From Lama guanicoe (Eukaryota), in contig MU053379.1 in assembly GCA_013239625.1 (NCBI GenBank), positions 568,490 through 632,489 on the forward strand: a stretch of 64,000 bases of DNA, given 5' to 3'. Made by a program: the position numbers and the translations under genes. The notes below the pieces were generated by a model. It was not told the DNA's origin. It made no database searches and saw only the letters and a list, made by a program, of their open reading frames with translations. This document shows, one piece after another, positions 26,305 through 37,870 of this stretch; positions within the stretch are counted from its first letter, which is position 1; each line of letters starts with the position of its first letter.

Positions 26305-26650
26305 TGGTTCAGTTCCCCATTGCTGTTTAACGACCGGTCCCAAAACTTTGGCTTAAAAAAGAACAAACATTTTCTAGCTCAGAATCCTGTCATGTAAGCA
26401 GGGACACATGTTTCTCTCCACGTGCTGCTGACGGGATGATCTGCCCGGGTCTGGAGGAGGAAGACCTCCAGGGGCCTCACCTGGGGTGTTGGAGCAATGG
26501 GGGTCGCTGGGCTGCTCTCTCCATATGGCTCCATCCGTGGGCACCTGCGCCAGCAGACAGAAGGCATCTTTTCACTGCATCCCATGGTCCAGGCACTCCA
26601 CCAGGCCAGCCCAACTCAAGGGGAGGGGCAGCACACACGGTGGGGAGAAC
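26305..26650. mobile_element. MaLR (MLT1-like) LTR relic
   Basis: cccaaaactttggcttaaaa...aacattttctagctcagaatcctgt pattern. Confidence 0.5.
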
Positions 26651-27407
26651 TGTTTGGATTCCTTTGGTGTAACAGAGAAGAGAGCAAAAGGGAGAAAGTT
26701 AATGAAATGATGTGTCTATTGCAGAGAACGTTCTAGAACGTGAGACTTGAGAAGGCGTTGCTCAGAACTGTTAAGGCCAACAACCTTCAGAAAGATTCTC
26801 TAACGGATGCCCAGGGTTCTTAATCTGGTCAGCCGCAGGCTTCTGTAGACGCCCTGAAACAGTGCCAGGTGTTGCCTGTGTGGGCTTTTATGTCCCTGCA
26901 GGGAGGTGGGGGAACTGTAACCTTCAATCCAACCCCAAAGGAAGCTATAATCCAAAAAAAGGTAAATAACCATTACCCTGTAACTGACAGGCAGCATCAC
27001 CTGACGGTGGACAGAAGCAGCCTTGAAAATAACCACCAGCCCACAGTTCAAAAAAAAAAAAAATCGCAGCTATTCGTCGAGCATCAACCCTAGATTATTT
27101 CCTTTTCACAGAAAGCCTGTAACTGTCTTCTGCAGGAAGACACTTCAAATTTTAAAGATCACCTTTCAAGACTGAAAATGTTCTGAGAAGCCTCTTTCCA
27201 GTAGAAAGAAGCCAAGGGCAGGCAGGGCAGCTGGGAGGTGCACGGGGAGGGAAGACAATACACAGATGGAAAATCCAGGGGCCAGGGCTGGCTCTGGGCT
27301 AACAGAACCATCGGAAAGAATCAAATTGCTTCAACAGACAGAATTTAAGGCACCTTCTCCAGAGTCGTTTGACCCTGTGTCTAACTTGGCTTTATTTCTC
27401 TCCGCAG

Positions 27408-27496
27408 CCACGGGACCCGATGCGCCGGGGAAGTGTCTGCTGCCGCCAACAACAACATCTGTGGGGTTGGAGTGGCTTACAGCTCCAAGGTGGCAG
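27408..27496 (+). CDS. PCSK2: PCSK2 coding exon (exon 7 equivalent), (S)[29 protein letters not shown](G), with catalytic His (CAC 27409-27411)
   Basis: ctaac...tttatttctctccgcag| acceptor; GCAG|gtaagc donor; 89 nt; HGTRCAGEV is the kexin/furin-family His motif. Confidence 0.98.
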
Positions 27497-29009
27497 GTAA
27501 GCTGTCCCTGCCAAAGGGCCAGAGAAGGCATCACACTCGGGTCCCCAGCCTGGCCGGAGCCGGGCAAAACTTCCCAGCAGAGCAGGCAAGCCAAGACTGG
27601 TAGATTTAGCATGAATGAAAAAAAAAATTTTTAATTTAACCTATATGGCAATATCAATAAAATTTAAAATTGTTTAAGGTGCACGGATCATGAGCACAGA
27701 GAACAATGAAGTCTTACCAGTGGTTTCACCCATGTAACCATCACGAAACCACACCCCGAAGCCTTCCACCCCAGTCACTGCCCATACACACTGCCCCTAC
27801 ACACTGCCCCCGATTTCTGGCAGCAAATATTGGTTACCCGCAGGTTCTAAACTTTATATAGCTGAAATTGTGCTGTCTGGACTCTTTTTGTATCTGTATC
27901 CACAACATTTTCAAATTAAGACAGTAGAATCTAAGGAGGTAAACACAAACTATTGTAAACGTACTGAGATCTCTTCAAAATGTTTCTGGGTTTTGGCTTT
28001 GGGGTTTTGTTTGGTTTTGTTTCTGCATAATGCATCTCATCTTTAAAGAAGTCTATCCTGCCTAGAATGTTTGTATTAAATTCCATGGGAAGGAATTTAA
28101 CAAGTCCCTCTTTATGGGGCCTTTAGAAGTGAGAGTGACAGGTCACCAGAAATTTGGAAAACAATATCACCAACCACCCTCCAAAAAAAGAGGGAGAATG
28201 AGAGAGAAAGAATAAGGGAGAGAGGTTCATAAACTTTCAACAAGATGCCGGAGGATGGAGTGGCTCCTGGCTCATTCCAAGTTTTGCATCAAATTTGGTT
28301 CTTAATTTATTCAGGCTGAGTCACCCGACCTTGTTATTCTTTTTTTTCACAGTGGTCTTGATATTTATTTTCCTGGTGATTTAATGGAACCATAAACATA
28401 CTCTGTGCTGATGCTTGCATTTTCAAGGACCTAAATCAAGCAAGAGCAACCTATGCCACCCCACCATTAAGCTCTTTCGACACTGTTTGCTAAGAGGCTC
28501 CCCTGAGCTGGGTGCTGGATTTCACAGAACAGCACCTCTGGGGCGTTCTGAAATGCAGCCAGGGAGGATTTGCCCCTCGGCTTTCAGCTCACTGTACTCT
28601 GCGTGCCTCCAAAACGCTGGCACTCAAATGTCAGAAAGCACTATGAACTCAGGGGAAAGGACATCACCTAGATAACATTTTACAAGCCAGGCTCACACGG
28701 TGGGTGCTATGGGAGGAGGTGGGTTCCCTATTCACAGCACAGACTGGAGGCAACTGAAAACTTCAAGCCTGGATTTCTCGTTCACAATGATGGTCTTCAA
28801 AAGAGTTTTGAAGTTGTTACATGCCCAGAGTAACTTTTTGAACAAGGGAGTCTTAGAACTACTGCCTGCAAAAATGAAGACGGGATTAGCTCACAGCATT
28901 CAGGGGTCCACTGGGTTCCTCTTCGCCCTCTGCTTCTTCTATCTTTTTCTCTCTTATCACGTGCACCTTGAAAACATCTGAGTTGCTCATCAAGTGTACC
29001 GAATTCTCC

Positions 29010-29410
29010 TGCTCTCTTGGTTTGAATTCCCTAAAAGCAAAGCTGAGGCAGGGATTTGGGTGCAAGGCATTTCTTTGGGAAGTGACTCCTGGAAGCCAGA
29101 GTGAGGGAAAGAGAAAGGAAGATGGTGAAGTGAGGGGCCAGCAAAGGGTGTGGAGATGAGCTGGTGGCTCCCACGGACAGCTGGGGCTCTGAGGGACTAT
29201 GGGGACACCCTTCAGAATTGCCCCCCAAGGTGAGGAGGCTGGGGAGTTGACCCACCAACTCCCATCTTTCATTGAGGTGTGGGGTCTCCTGGGCCACAAG
29301 CAACTGGCCTGTCCAGCTTGACGTTCACAAGGGCTGAGCACAACCCCCAAGACAGAGAACACACCCCAGACAAAGACCCTGAGATGGGACCAGTGGGTCC
29401 AGGCAGAGTG
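29010..29410. mobile_element. MaLR (MLT1K/L-like) LTR relic
   Basis: aaagcaaagctgaggcagggatttgggtgcaaggcatttctttgggaagtgactcc; related copies at ~39300 and ~50960. Confidence 0.6.
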
Positions 29411-29875
29411 TGACAGCCTCTGACTCACCCCTGACCCCAAAGGCGAGTGACGCAGCCTGCCCTCAGAGACACGACTTGACCCGTGTTTGTGAACCCCGAG
29501 AGCTCCCAGGTCTCACACAGTGCTCTGAGGATCCAGAAACTGAGCCCAGAGCCGGTGGGAGGCATGCCCAGCCTCACCAATATTCCCATCCCTTAACCCC
29601 AGCTTTGCTGCCCTGTAACCCACACACGGTCCTAAGTGCTCAAGGGCGGGGGAGCTCCAGCCCCATCCTGTGCCCACCAGAAGCATAAGAAATTCTTCAC
29701 GAGGAAGCCCTGGAGAGTTACTCAAGAATCGCAACAACAGCAGAATTTGATCTTACAGATTTCAGGGGAACATTTTGTTCGTTTTGGCTGGCAATTCCCA
29801 AAGTTGGCTGGTTTTCATTCTTCTGAATAAGCCATACCCGGCAAAGAAGCCGGCCTCCTGAGCGAGGGAGGACTA

Positions 29876-29894
29876 GAGCGCCACCTGGTGGCCA
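29876..29894 (-). promoter_or_regulatory. Strong CTCF-binding motif
   Basis: Minus strand TGGCCACCAGGTGGCGCTC, near-identical to the consensus TGGCCACCAGGGGGCGCTA. Confidence 0.75.
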
Positions 29895-30544
29895 AATGAG
29901 ATTATTGCGTTCCCCGGCCGTCAGTGCCAAGGTGTTCAGTCACAGGTCAGGAGTCGCCGGGGGCAATGTCCCAAGTCCCTTCAGAGTCCCAGGTCTCTCT
30001 TCACTGTCTTCAAAAAGGGGCTAAAGTTGAGGTGCTGTCAGGTCTCAGTCCATAAAAAGAAAAGAAAGTGGAGATGAGATTCGAAAACAAGTCCTCTGAA
30101 TGGAAACAAGGAGAAAATCACTGAGCGTCGCTGCGTCTGCCCGTCAGCCTGTTGGCTTCTCTTCCGCTCATAACTTGGCTTGTTTTTCCATGGAGATTCC
30201 TGTCCTTTCTTGTTAATTTGCATGTATTCTCAGATACTAGTCCCTGATCAGTGTTAGTCAGCGTAAGTACCTTCTCCGACACTTTCACACGAGGCCCTCA
30301 GCCCACCTGCATTCATTCCATCTTCACATGTTGCGCTAGCTGGAAACCCAGTTTTATTTTTCTCCACATAGTAAGCCAGTGTTCCCAGTACCATCTAGTC
30401 AAGAGTCTGTCCTGTCCCTCTGACTCTTGGTGCCACTCTCACTATGTATTAAGTTCCCATACGTAAGTGGTGAGTCTCTGTGTAAATCTAATCTAGACGA
30501 AACTTCCTTGCCAGCATAAGTCAGGAAGGGTAGCTCTTCTCCTT

Positions 30545-30900
30545 TTACCACTGGGCCTTTGAACGTGCTCTGCCCTCTGCCCAGAATGCCTCCCCCTACA
30601 CTCAACTTGGCCACCTCCTCTGCATCCTTCAGCAGTCAGGGCCCCCGTGGCATCCTCCAGCATCACCACCCAGGCCAGTCCCTCATCTGCACTTGATAAA
30701 GCATGCTGAGTCTTTCCTGCCCCGTGCCGGCTACCATTAGCTATTGTATGTTCTTGTGCATGGTTATCTGATCAATATCTCACTCCCCTGGCAGACAACA
30801 GTCTCCATAAAGACAGGAGCCAAGTCTGTTTGCTCTCAGCCCTGCACCTACGGCAGGGTCTGGCACACAGTGGATGCCCAGACCTTGTCTGCTGAGTGAC
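30545..30900 (+). mobile_element. LINE-2 3' portion
   Basis: gggcctttgaacgtgctctgccctctgcccagaatgcc...ctccataaagacagg...gtctggcacacagtgg. Confidence 0.65.
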
Positions 30901-31804
30901 AAGAAGCAAGGAAGGAATAAAGAGGAAGGGTCAGTGGATAAACCCATGATGAGCAGTAGAGATTAGCCATTGCAGAAAAGAATTGGTAGTTGAATGGAGT
31001 TGAGGGATTCAGGGCATAAGGACCCAAAGCTGATGGAATTTCCACCAGGACGCAGAAGTATCTCCTCTTCCACCAGCACCATCTCCCCTTTGTACTTTAT
31101 CCCAATCAAATTCATTCCAAGAAGACCTGGGCGTTCTCATCACCCCCTTCCATCCCCAGCAAGACACCGTGGGAATGTCCACCAGCAGGAGCTGCCCCAG
31201 GGCCCAGCCATGAAGACAGGGAGGGGATCCCTTTGCATGAACACCCGAGGCTGCTCCAGGCCTACGAGCACCACACTATTGACTGTTATCAATGCACCCT
31301 GACATTTCTTGACCAGCAATGAATTGCTCCCACATAGTTGCCAATAAAACTCACAATAGTTCAATGAATTTAAGTAGATTTTATCTGACTTTTAAATAAA
31401 GCAATAAAAAAAATCTCCTGTTAGCACAATGATTAACATGTTTTCAGATCCTTAAGACCTAGACCAGCGTGAATTTGCTCCTTAGCCTGTCAAGGAATAT
31501 TCGTGAGCACAGAAGGTGGCCACTGGGACACTGGGGTGTGGGGGCAGATGGAGCGTTTCCTGGTGTCTCGTACAAGCTCACCTTTTGTAACAGCAGGAAA
31601 GGCAGAGGACTTAGCTTAAATCCCTGGGCAGGGCACCCCCAGAGCCCAGGGAGCCCCCAACTCTAAAAGGGTCACGAATTCAGTGCTCAGGCCGGGGAAG
31701 GCAGGCAATAGAAATGCCTGGTGTGCGCTCTTCCCTCGCCATCAAATCGCATTAGCCAATGGAGCGTTTTGCAAAAGCGAAGTCACTGAGTTCTGGCTCC
31801 CTGG

Positions 31805-31905
31805 GCTTCCCTCTCTCCCTCTGCCTCGCACTCTCACTCTCTTGCCTGCATCTGCTCGCTCTCTCTCTCTCTCTCTGTCTGTCTCTCCCTCTCTCTCTCT
31901 TCCCT
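31805..31905. repeat. (CT)n-rich polypyrimidine microsatellite
   Basis: ctctctctctctctctgtctgtctctccctctctctctct. Confidence 0.85.
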
Positions 31906-34313
31906 GTAGCTCTTAGAGCATCCAGGGACAGAGAAGAGTCTCTCGCTAAAAACCCTTGGGTCACCCTGAGTCTCGGTCTTGGCTGCGCATGGTACAATTG
32001 CTTGCAAAAATTAATACTGTATCACATTCGATTAATGCATGCCTCATTCCTCCTGAGCTTAACGAGACTGAAAGAGTCGGGCGCCTGGCCCCTGAATATC
32101 AATCAGAGTCTTGCTCCCAGTCTATAGTCACCCCTGCCTCCCCTGATGCTAAAACAGTCAGAAGATTAATTCACACCAGCTCCGATGCTCTGGGCAGCAC
32201 AGAGGGAGCCAGGGAAGGGATGAAGAGGGAAGCAGGCAGAGGGACAAGGGCTGCAGGGGAGAGAGCAAAGGGCGCAGCTGGAAGCACCACATGCCAGCTG
32301 CAGAACAAAGTCCAGCGTCGCCATTGTTTGGCACCTGGGACAGTCCGGGCTCGCTCTGGCCGGAGTTGAACTTCTCTCACTTTCTGGTTGAGGCAGGCTG
32401 TTCGGTGCTGGTCGTCCGGGCACTGGATGCATTCAAGACCACCCGAGTTTTCTCCTTGCAGGCGAGTGAGTACCAGCCTCTCTGTGATGTTTCTCCGCCC
32501 ACAAGTGGACATAGTTTGCAAGAACAAGAAGAAGCTGTGTTATCTTGTTTATCTGTAAGCTGTTGGCCACCTTTGTTGAATAGATTCTTTTCAATACAAA
32601 AAATACAGGTGGGCCAAAAGCAAAACATAGAGTTTTAGATTTCTTATCCTTTATAAAATGAACCATACAATTTAGCTTCCAGAAAGTTCGACCCAAAGAA
32701 TATGCTTATTCTGCAAGGTGTTCCAGGAGAAAGGATACTAACTAACAATTAGATGCTTGTTGGCAAAAACAGTGACCTGGCTTATGCGCAGAGGATGGAA
32801 AGTCTGGATCTAACTTCTGTTAAGAAGAAAATCAGCTAAATAAGTTAATAATACCATGCACTTATTTATCAAATATTTATCATGCTTAAGATAAATTCCG
32901 AGTGCTATGCGGATGCCCAAGGACACAGAAATACACAAAATAGGCACGTGCTCAGCACACAAAGACCTTGCTGCCTGGTGCTGAATGAAACACACGAATG
33001 AACAATTGTAATGGAAGGCTGACAGTCAGTGCTAACTGAGGACCCAGAGAGCTGGACCTGCAAAGAATTCCAGAGAAATGCCTTCCTAACAAATAGGTTG
33101 GTCAGGAGGAGGGTAGGCCCTGGGGGAAATTGCAATGCAAGCACAGGGGATGGGCTATGAGACACTGAGGAGGAAAGAGAACCTTAAGAGAAAAGACAAT
33201 TTCATGTCAATTTTGCAAGCCCTGCGAGAAGCTCATCTTCCTTCTTAGCGACGTGCCTACTACATTAGAGGGTGGTGCTCATGTAAGAGTGTCCTTTGAC
33301 CACTGGGGCCAAGTAAAAAGTGTCAGAAGCCAGGCTTTGATTACATCCACCCTAGTCTTTTGTTTCAAAATTCCCATGGAAGGAAAGACAGGTCAGCTTC
33401 ACAGACACTAAGAGCTCGTTGCCACGAAACAGTGTGTCAAGCAGAGAACAATCCTGGCCCCAAACAGTGATGTTTCGAGGGTAGTGATGGAGGGACAATG
33501 CCCTTCCCATTGGCTGCTGCTGAATTAACCCTGGAAAGGCTCTTTATCAACAGCCAGAGGGTGATGTGAACTGTGGGTGCCCACAGGAAGGGGCACAGTG
33601 CCCCCTCTTCCTGGGTCCCTGTACACACCATCACACCGAGAAAAGGGCTCTGCTCCTTGTCAAGTTCCCAGCAAGAAGTCACTCCTACAAGGCACCAGAG
33701 AGCAGCACAAACTTTACAAAGGTAACATAGGAGAGAAAGAAGAGGGGAGTATCCTGCACCCCATTACTAATATATTTTAGAATTACCCCCTCAACATTTC
33801 TGTCCTCCCCACAAAGCTTCTTCTCAGCTACGATGCGAGAGTCCCTCTTTCCTGCCCCTCCCTCTGCCCCTGCTGTCTGCTCTCTGCACTCTGGAATTTC
33901 ACCTCAAATATCTAGTATCAATCACCTCCCTGACCTGTCAAGCACTGAAGCTTTATTTCTCCTCGAATCTTGGCCCCAGTCAACCTCCCAGTACCTGGAG
34001 GCCAAGCTTCCACTTAGAAAGCTTATCAAGGAACATCTCCCTATTGGGAATTCTAATAACCTTTGCTAGAGGAATAAAATTTTCTTCCAATAATCACACA
34101 AGGAAAGGTGTGGGTGGTCTGTGCATCCTTCCTGATCCTCTGAAGTTGTAACCTACACAGCGTGAGGCTGGACTCAGGATTGCCCTGCGAATCCCAGGCT
34201 CCGAGATGGCAGACCCTCCAACCACAACCAGGACCAGAGCCCCCTTTCCCACCTTGTCTCCTGTGAACTTGGGACCCACACCCAGTGCTTTCCCTGCCCT
34301 GGGATGCCCACAG

Positions 34314-34489
34314 GTATCAGGATGTTGGACCAGCCTTTTATGACGGACATCATCGAGGCCTCCTCCATCAGCCACATGCCTCAGCTGATCGACATCTACA
34401 GCGCCAGCTGGGGCCCTACCGACAATGGGAAGACGGTGGACGGGCCCCGGGAGCTCACGCTTCAGGCGATGGCTGACGGCGTGAACAAG
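34314..34489 (+). CDS. PCSK2: PCSK2 coding exon (exon 8 equivalent), (G)[58 protein letters not shown]
   Basis: cacag|GTATC acceptor; AAG|gtaagg donor; 176 nt; seen in ORF 34304..34561; SASWGP substrate-binding motif. Confidence 0.98.
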
Positions 34490-35109
34490 GTAAGGTCATA
34501 TCTGCCGCCACCAGGCCCCAGGGGCAGCGCCAGGGGTGGGAGGCATCCAGAAAGGAGGTGACCAGTGGAGCGAGGGGCAGGGCAGGGACGGAGGTGGGGC
34601 TGTTACCCTATGCGTTAGCTCAGGTCCTGCGAGAAATGGACCCCCAAAACAGGGTTCCCAATGCAGACTTACTGAGGGGGGCACCTGTGAAGGATATAGG
34701 GGAGGGGTCTTTGAGGGGTGCAGTGAGGCAGGGGCCCTTCAGAAGGCGATGTGGTCCTGCGAAGGAGGGGAGAAAGGAGGGTCCCACAGGGGGTCTGCGC
34801 GAGCACCCCCACCCCGCGCAGGCGTGGCTAGGAGCGGCCCCAGCAGTGGGATCTCCGAACTGGGTGGATTCAGGGCGCAGCAGTGGAAGCTGTAAGTTCA
34901 GGTGCTCCCAGGGCAGGAGTCTAAGCCACGCATGCTCGTGGCTGCCCATCCCTGAGATTAGCCAGGAATGGACAGCGCCAAGGAGACGGAACCAAGGCCG
35001 CGCCTCAAAGGGAGCCGCCGGGTCACTGCACGGGTCAGCGGCCGGTGGCGAGCGGAAGGAGGTGGCCTCTGCGATCTCGGGGCAGGGTCCACTCCAGACA
35101 AGACACAGC

Positions 35110-35285
35110 CAGGCTCCAGGGTCAGAGTCTCCCTGGGTTCAAGCCCCAAACCCTCTGCTCAGTGTCTGAGTTTATCCCTAGTGACCTGACCTCACTGCGC
35201 CTCAGTGTTCTTGTCTGTAAAATGGTGATAACCGTGTGTTTCTCCTCGGGTCGCTGTGAGATGGATAAGCACCTGGGAGGTGCCC
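35110..35285 (+). mobile_element. MIR SINE
   Basis: cctgggttcaagcccc...ctcactgcgcctcagtgttcttgtctgtaaaatggtgataa. Confidence 0.65.
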
Positions 35286-36089
35286 GCAAATGATCGATGT
35301 TCGTCTGGGTCATTGTGGACCCTTAACCAACTGCCCTAAAACTCTGAGGCATAAGGCATAGTGTTTCAGTAGATTTGTGGATTCTGTGAGTCAAGAATTC
35401 AGACGGGAACGGTGGGACAGTTTGTCCCTGCTCCATTCCTGGGCCTCAGCTGCAAGGCTGGGGACGTGAATCACCAGACTGCCATGTGTTTGCATGTCCT
35501 TGCAAGGTTCTGAATTACTCGCCGTTGGTGCCACCTCGCCCCCTATCCGGGGCACTTAGTCATTTTGTCTGAGTCTTTTGTCAGGTTTGGATTTGCCGTC
35601 GGGTTAACGTGACGCTCTCTCCTGCTCTCAGTTTGCTTGGGAGTCACATCCCAGAGATTTCAGCAATGGTGTGTAGAGTAAGAGCACTCAGGTCCTAAGG
35701 GAGGGGGAGACAAGTGTATGAGGTTTAGAACATGGATTTGGGGAAATCCATTTAAAAAAAATTTTTTTTAACTTTGCTTCCTGGATTTCGACAAATTTCA
35801 AATAGATGAACAAGCTGTAGCCATATTTGGATATATAAACCAGCACTATTACTGATAAACTGTAAAATACATCTGTCAACATATGTGTTTAAGTTATTTA
35901 CAGTCTGTGCATGGAAAATGCATAAATCCATTACCTGGACATTTATAACCCTAAAATAGGTATATGTACGAAACATTGTATATTTAACAGCAGCCTAGAA
36001 AGGAAAAATATTGAAAAACTAAGAGTGAACAACTGAAAGCTACTTTATTTTTTGGAAGAGTTACAATCTGCCAAGCATTGAGACGTTTT

Positions 36090-36760
36090 GTTTTTTTATT
36101 TGTTAATTATAGTTGCCAGGCTGCCTATGAAGCCCCCAGAACTTACTTCTATAACTGCAGGTTTTCACCCTGTGTCCAACATCGCCCCATTCCTTTCCGT
36201 GTCGGCCCCTGGTCACCACCATTCTACTCTGTGTTTCTGTGAGGTTGGTTTTTTAGCTCCCACGTGTAAGTGATATCATGTGGCATTTGTTTTTCTGTCT
36301 GGCTTATTTTACTTAGCACAATACTCTCAAGTTCCATCCACATTGTCGCAGATGGAAGGATTTCCTTCCTTTTATGGCCGAACAGTATTCCATAATATAC
36401 AGGTGTGTGCATGTGTATATGTATATGCACCACACTTCTTTATCCATTCATGTGTCAAGGGACGCAAATCATTTCCATATCTTGGCTATTGTGAGCAATG
36501 CTGCAATGAACATGGGATGGGGTTGGGGGTGGGGGTGCAGATGTCATTTCGAGTTAGTGTTCTGTTTTCTTCCTTTTAATGCCCAGAGGTAGGATTGCTG
36601 GATCATTCTCTAGCTTTATTGTTAACTTTTTGAGGAAACACCATAGCGTTTTCCATAGTGGCTGCACCAGTTTTCATTCCCCACAACAGTGCACAAGGGT
36701 TCCCTTTTCTCCACATCCTCGCCAACCCTTGCTATCGCTTGTCTTTTTGATAATAGCAAG
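36090..36760 (-). mobile_element. L1MA-like 3' fragment
   Basis: ORF2 end and 3'UTR on the minus strand (ORF 36224..36433 ATMWMELESIVLSKISQ); ttttccatagtggctgcaccag. Confidence 0.8.
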
Positions 36761-37781
36761 GGCTACTTTCCTATACGTTTCCTGAGGACAGAGAACACTT
36801 GTTTTCCACTCCAGGTATCCTCAGGAATAGCCTAGGACTTGAACACATGGCAGACCAGCTGTTCGATAAATAGACAGTGCATTGGCATATGAAATTTAGT
36901 GGCTGAAAGATTACAAGTCCTATAGAAACCTATAACTGTAATGGACGCCACTGGAGCCCCTCCCCCCGCCCCCAGCTGCTGTGCGTGTTTGCTGCTAATG
37001 ACTCACAGTTGCCCCCTCCCTGGAGAACTGCCCTGGCTGCTGGGAGTCTTATCATCCAGAGGTTATACCCACACACACTCCCAGGGGGCAGTGCACAGTC
37101 AATGACTGACAGATTCCGGGCAGGAAAGGCCAGCCTGCCTGCCCCCAGCAGGACCACTCGACAGTGTCATTTATCCTCCAGGGCCCCAGGGAATCGGGCC
37201 AAGGCTGGACCTTACCTGAGACCACACTGTTTGGGTTTTCTTCTCCTGTCTGTCCTTTTTCATTCCCTCATTCACAGGTTTCTCCTGAGAGCTCTCCCTC
37301 TATTCGTCCGGTGCACGTGAGTCCCTGTTTCTAGGGAACTGATCCTACGATGTGAACCCATTAGGGCTCTTCCCTTTGGCTACCAGGAAGCTCAGGAGGC
37401 TCAGAACTAAGTTTGTGCCTCACAGCGTAGGGATTTTTTCAGACTAGGTTTTCTGCTACCCCATTTCTCCCCTCTCTTCAACCATGGCCTCCAAAATCAT
37501 TCCTTAGCTTTTGTTCCTGCATCTTCTTTTGTATTCCTATTCAGTCTAAGCCTCTGAACTTAGCAGTGTAAAATTCATGAAAAAAATTGATGAAATGAGC
37601 TTAATTGGATTAGATTAAATTCAAGTGTGAAAAATCTAACTTCAAAGCCTCACATTGTTGCTTGCTTACACACATTCCTAGTCTTAATGGACTAAAGCAT
37701 CTCACTGGACCAAAAATCTACAGCATCTGGGCCCAAAACTATAGTAAACAGTAAAGTCAAACAAAGTACAAGGCCTCAGAG

Positions 37782-37870
37782 CAAGGGCCAATCAACCTTG
37801 GCCCACAGGCCAAACCTGGCCCTTAGCTGTCTTTGCAAATACCATTCTGCTGGAACCCAGCCAGGCCCAT
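37782..37870. mobile_element. MER58-like hAT fragment
   Basis: ggcccacaggccaaacctggccc...tgtctttgcaaata. Confidence 0.45.

Noticed and set aside
34970..34979. GGACAGCGCC RE1 right half-site
   Set aside because: No matching left half at canonical spacing.
34558..35169. 203-aa ORF after exon 8, and the 211-aa ORF at 61077..61712
   Set aside because: GC-rich intronic DNA with non-ATG starts and no recognisable motif; the first runs into a MIR.
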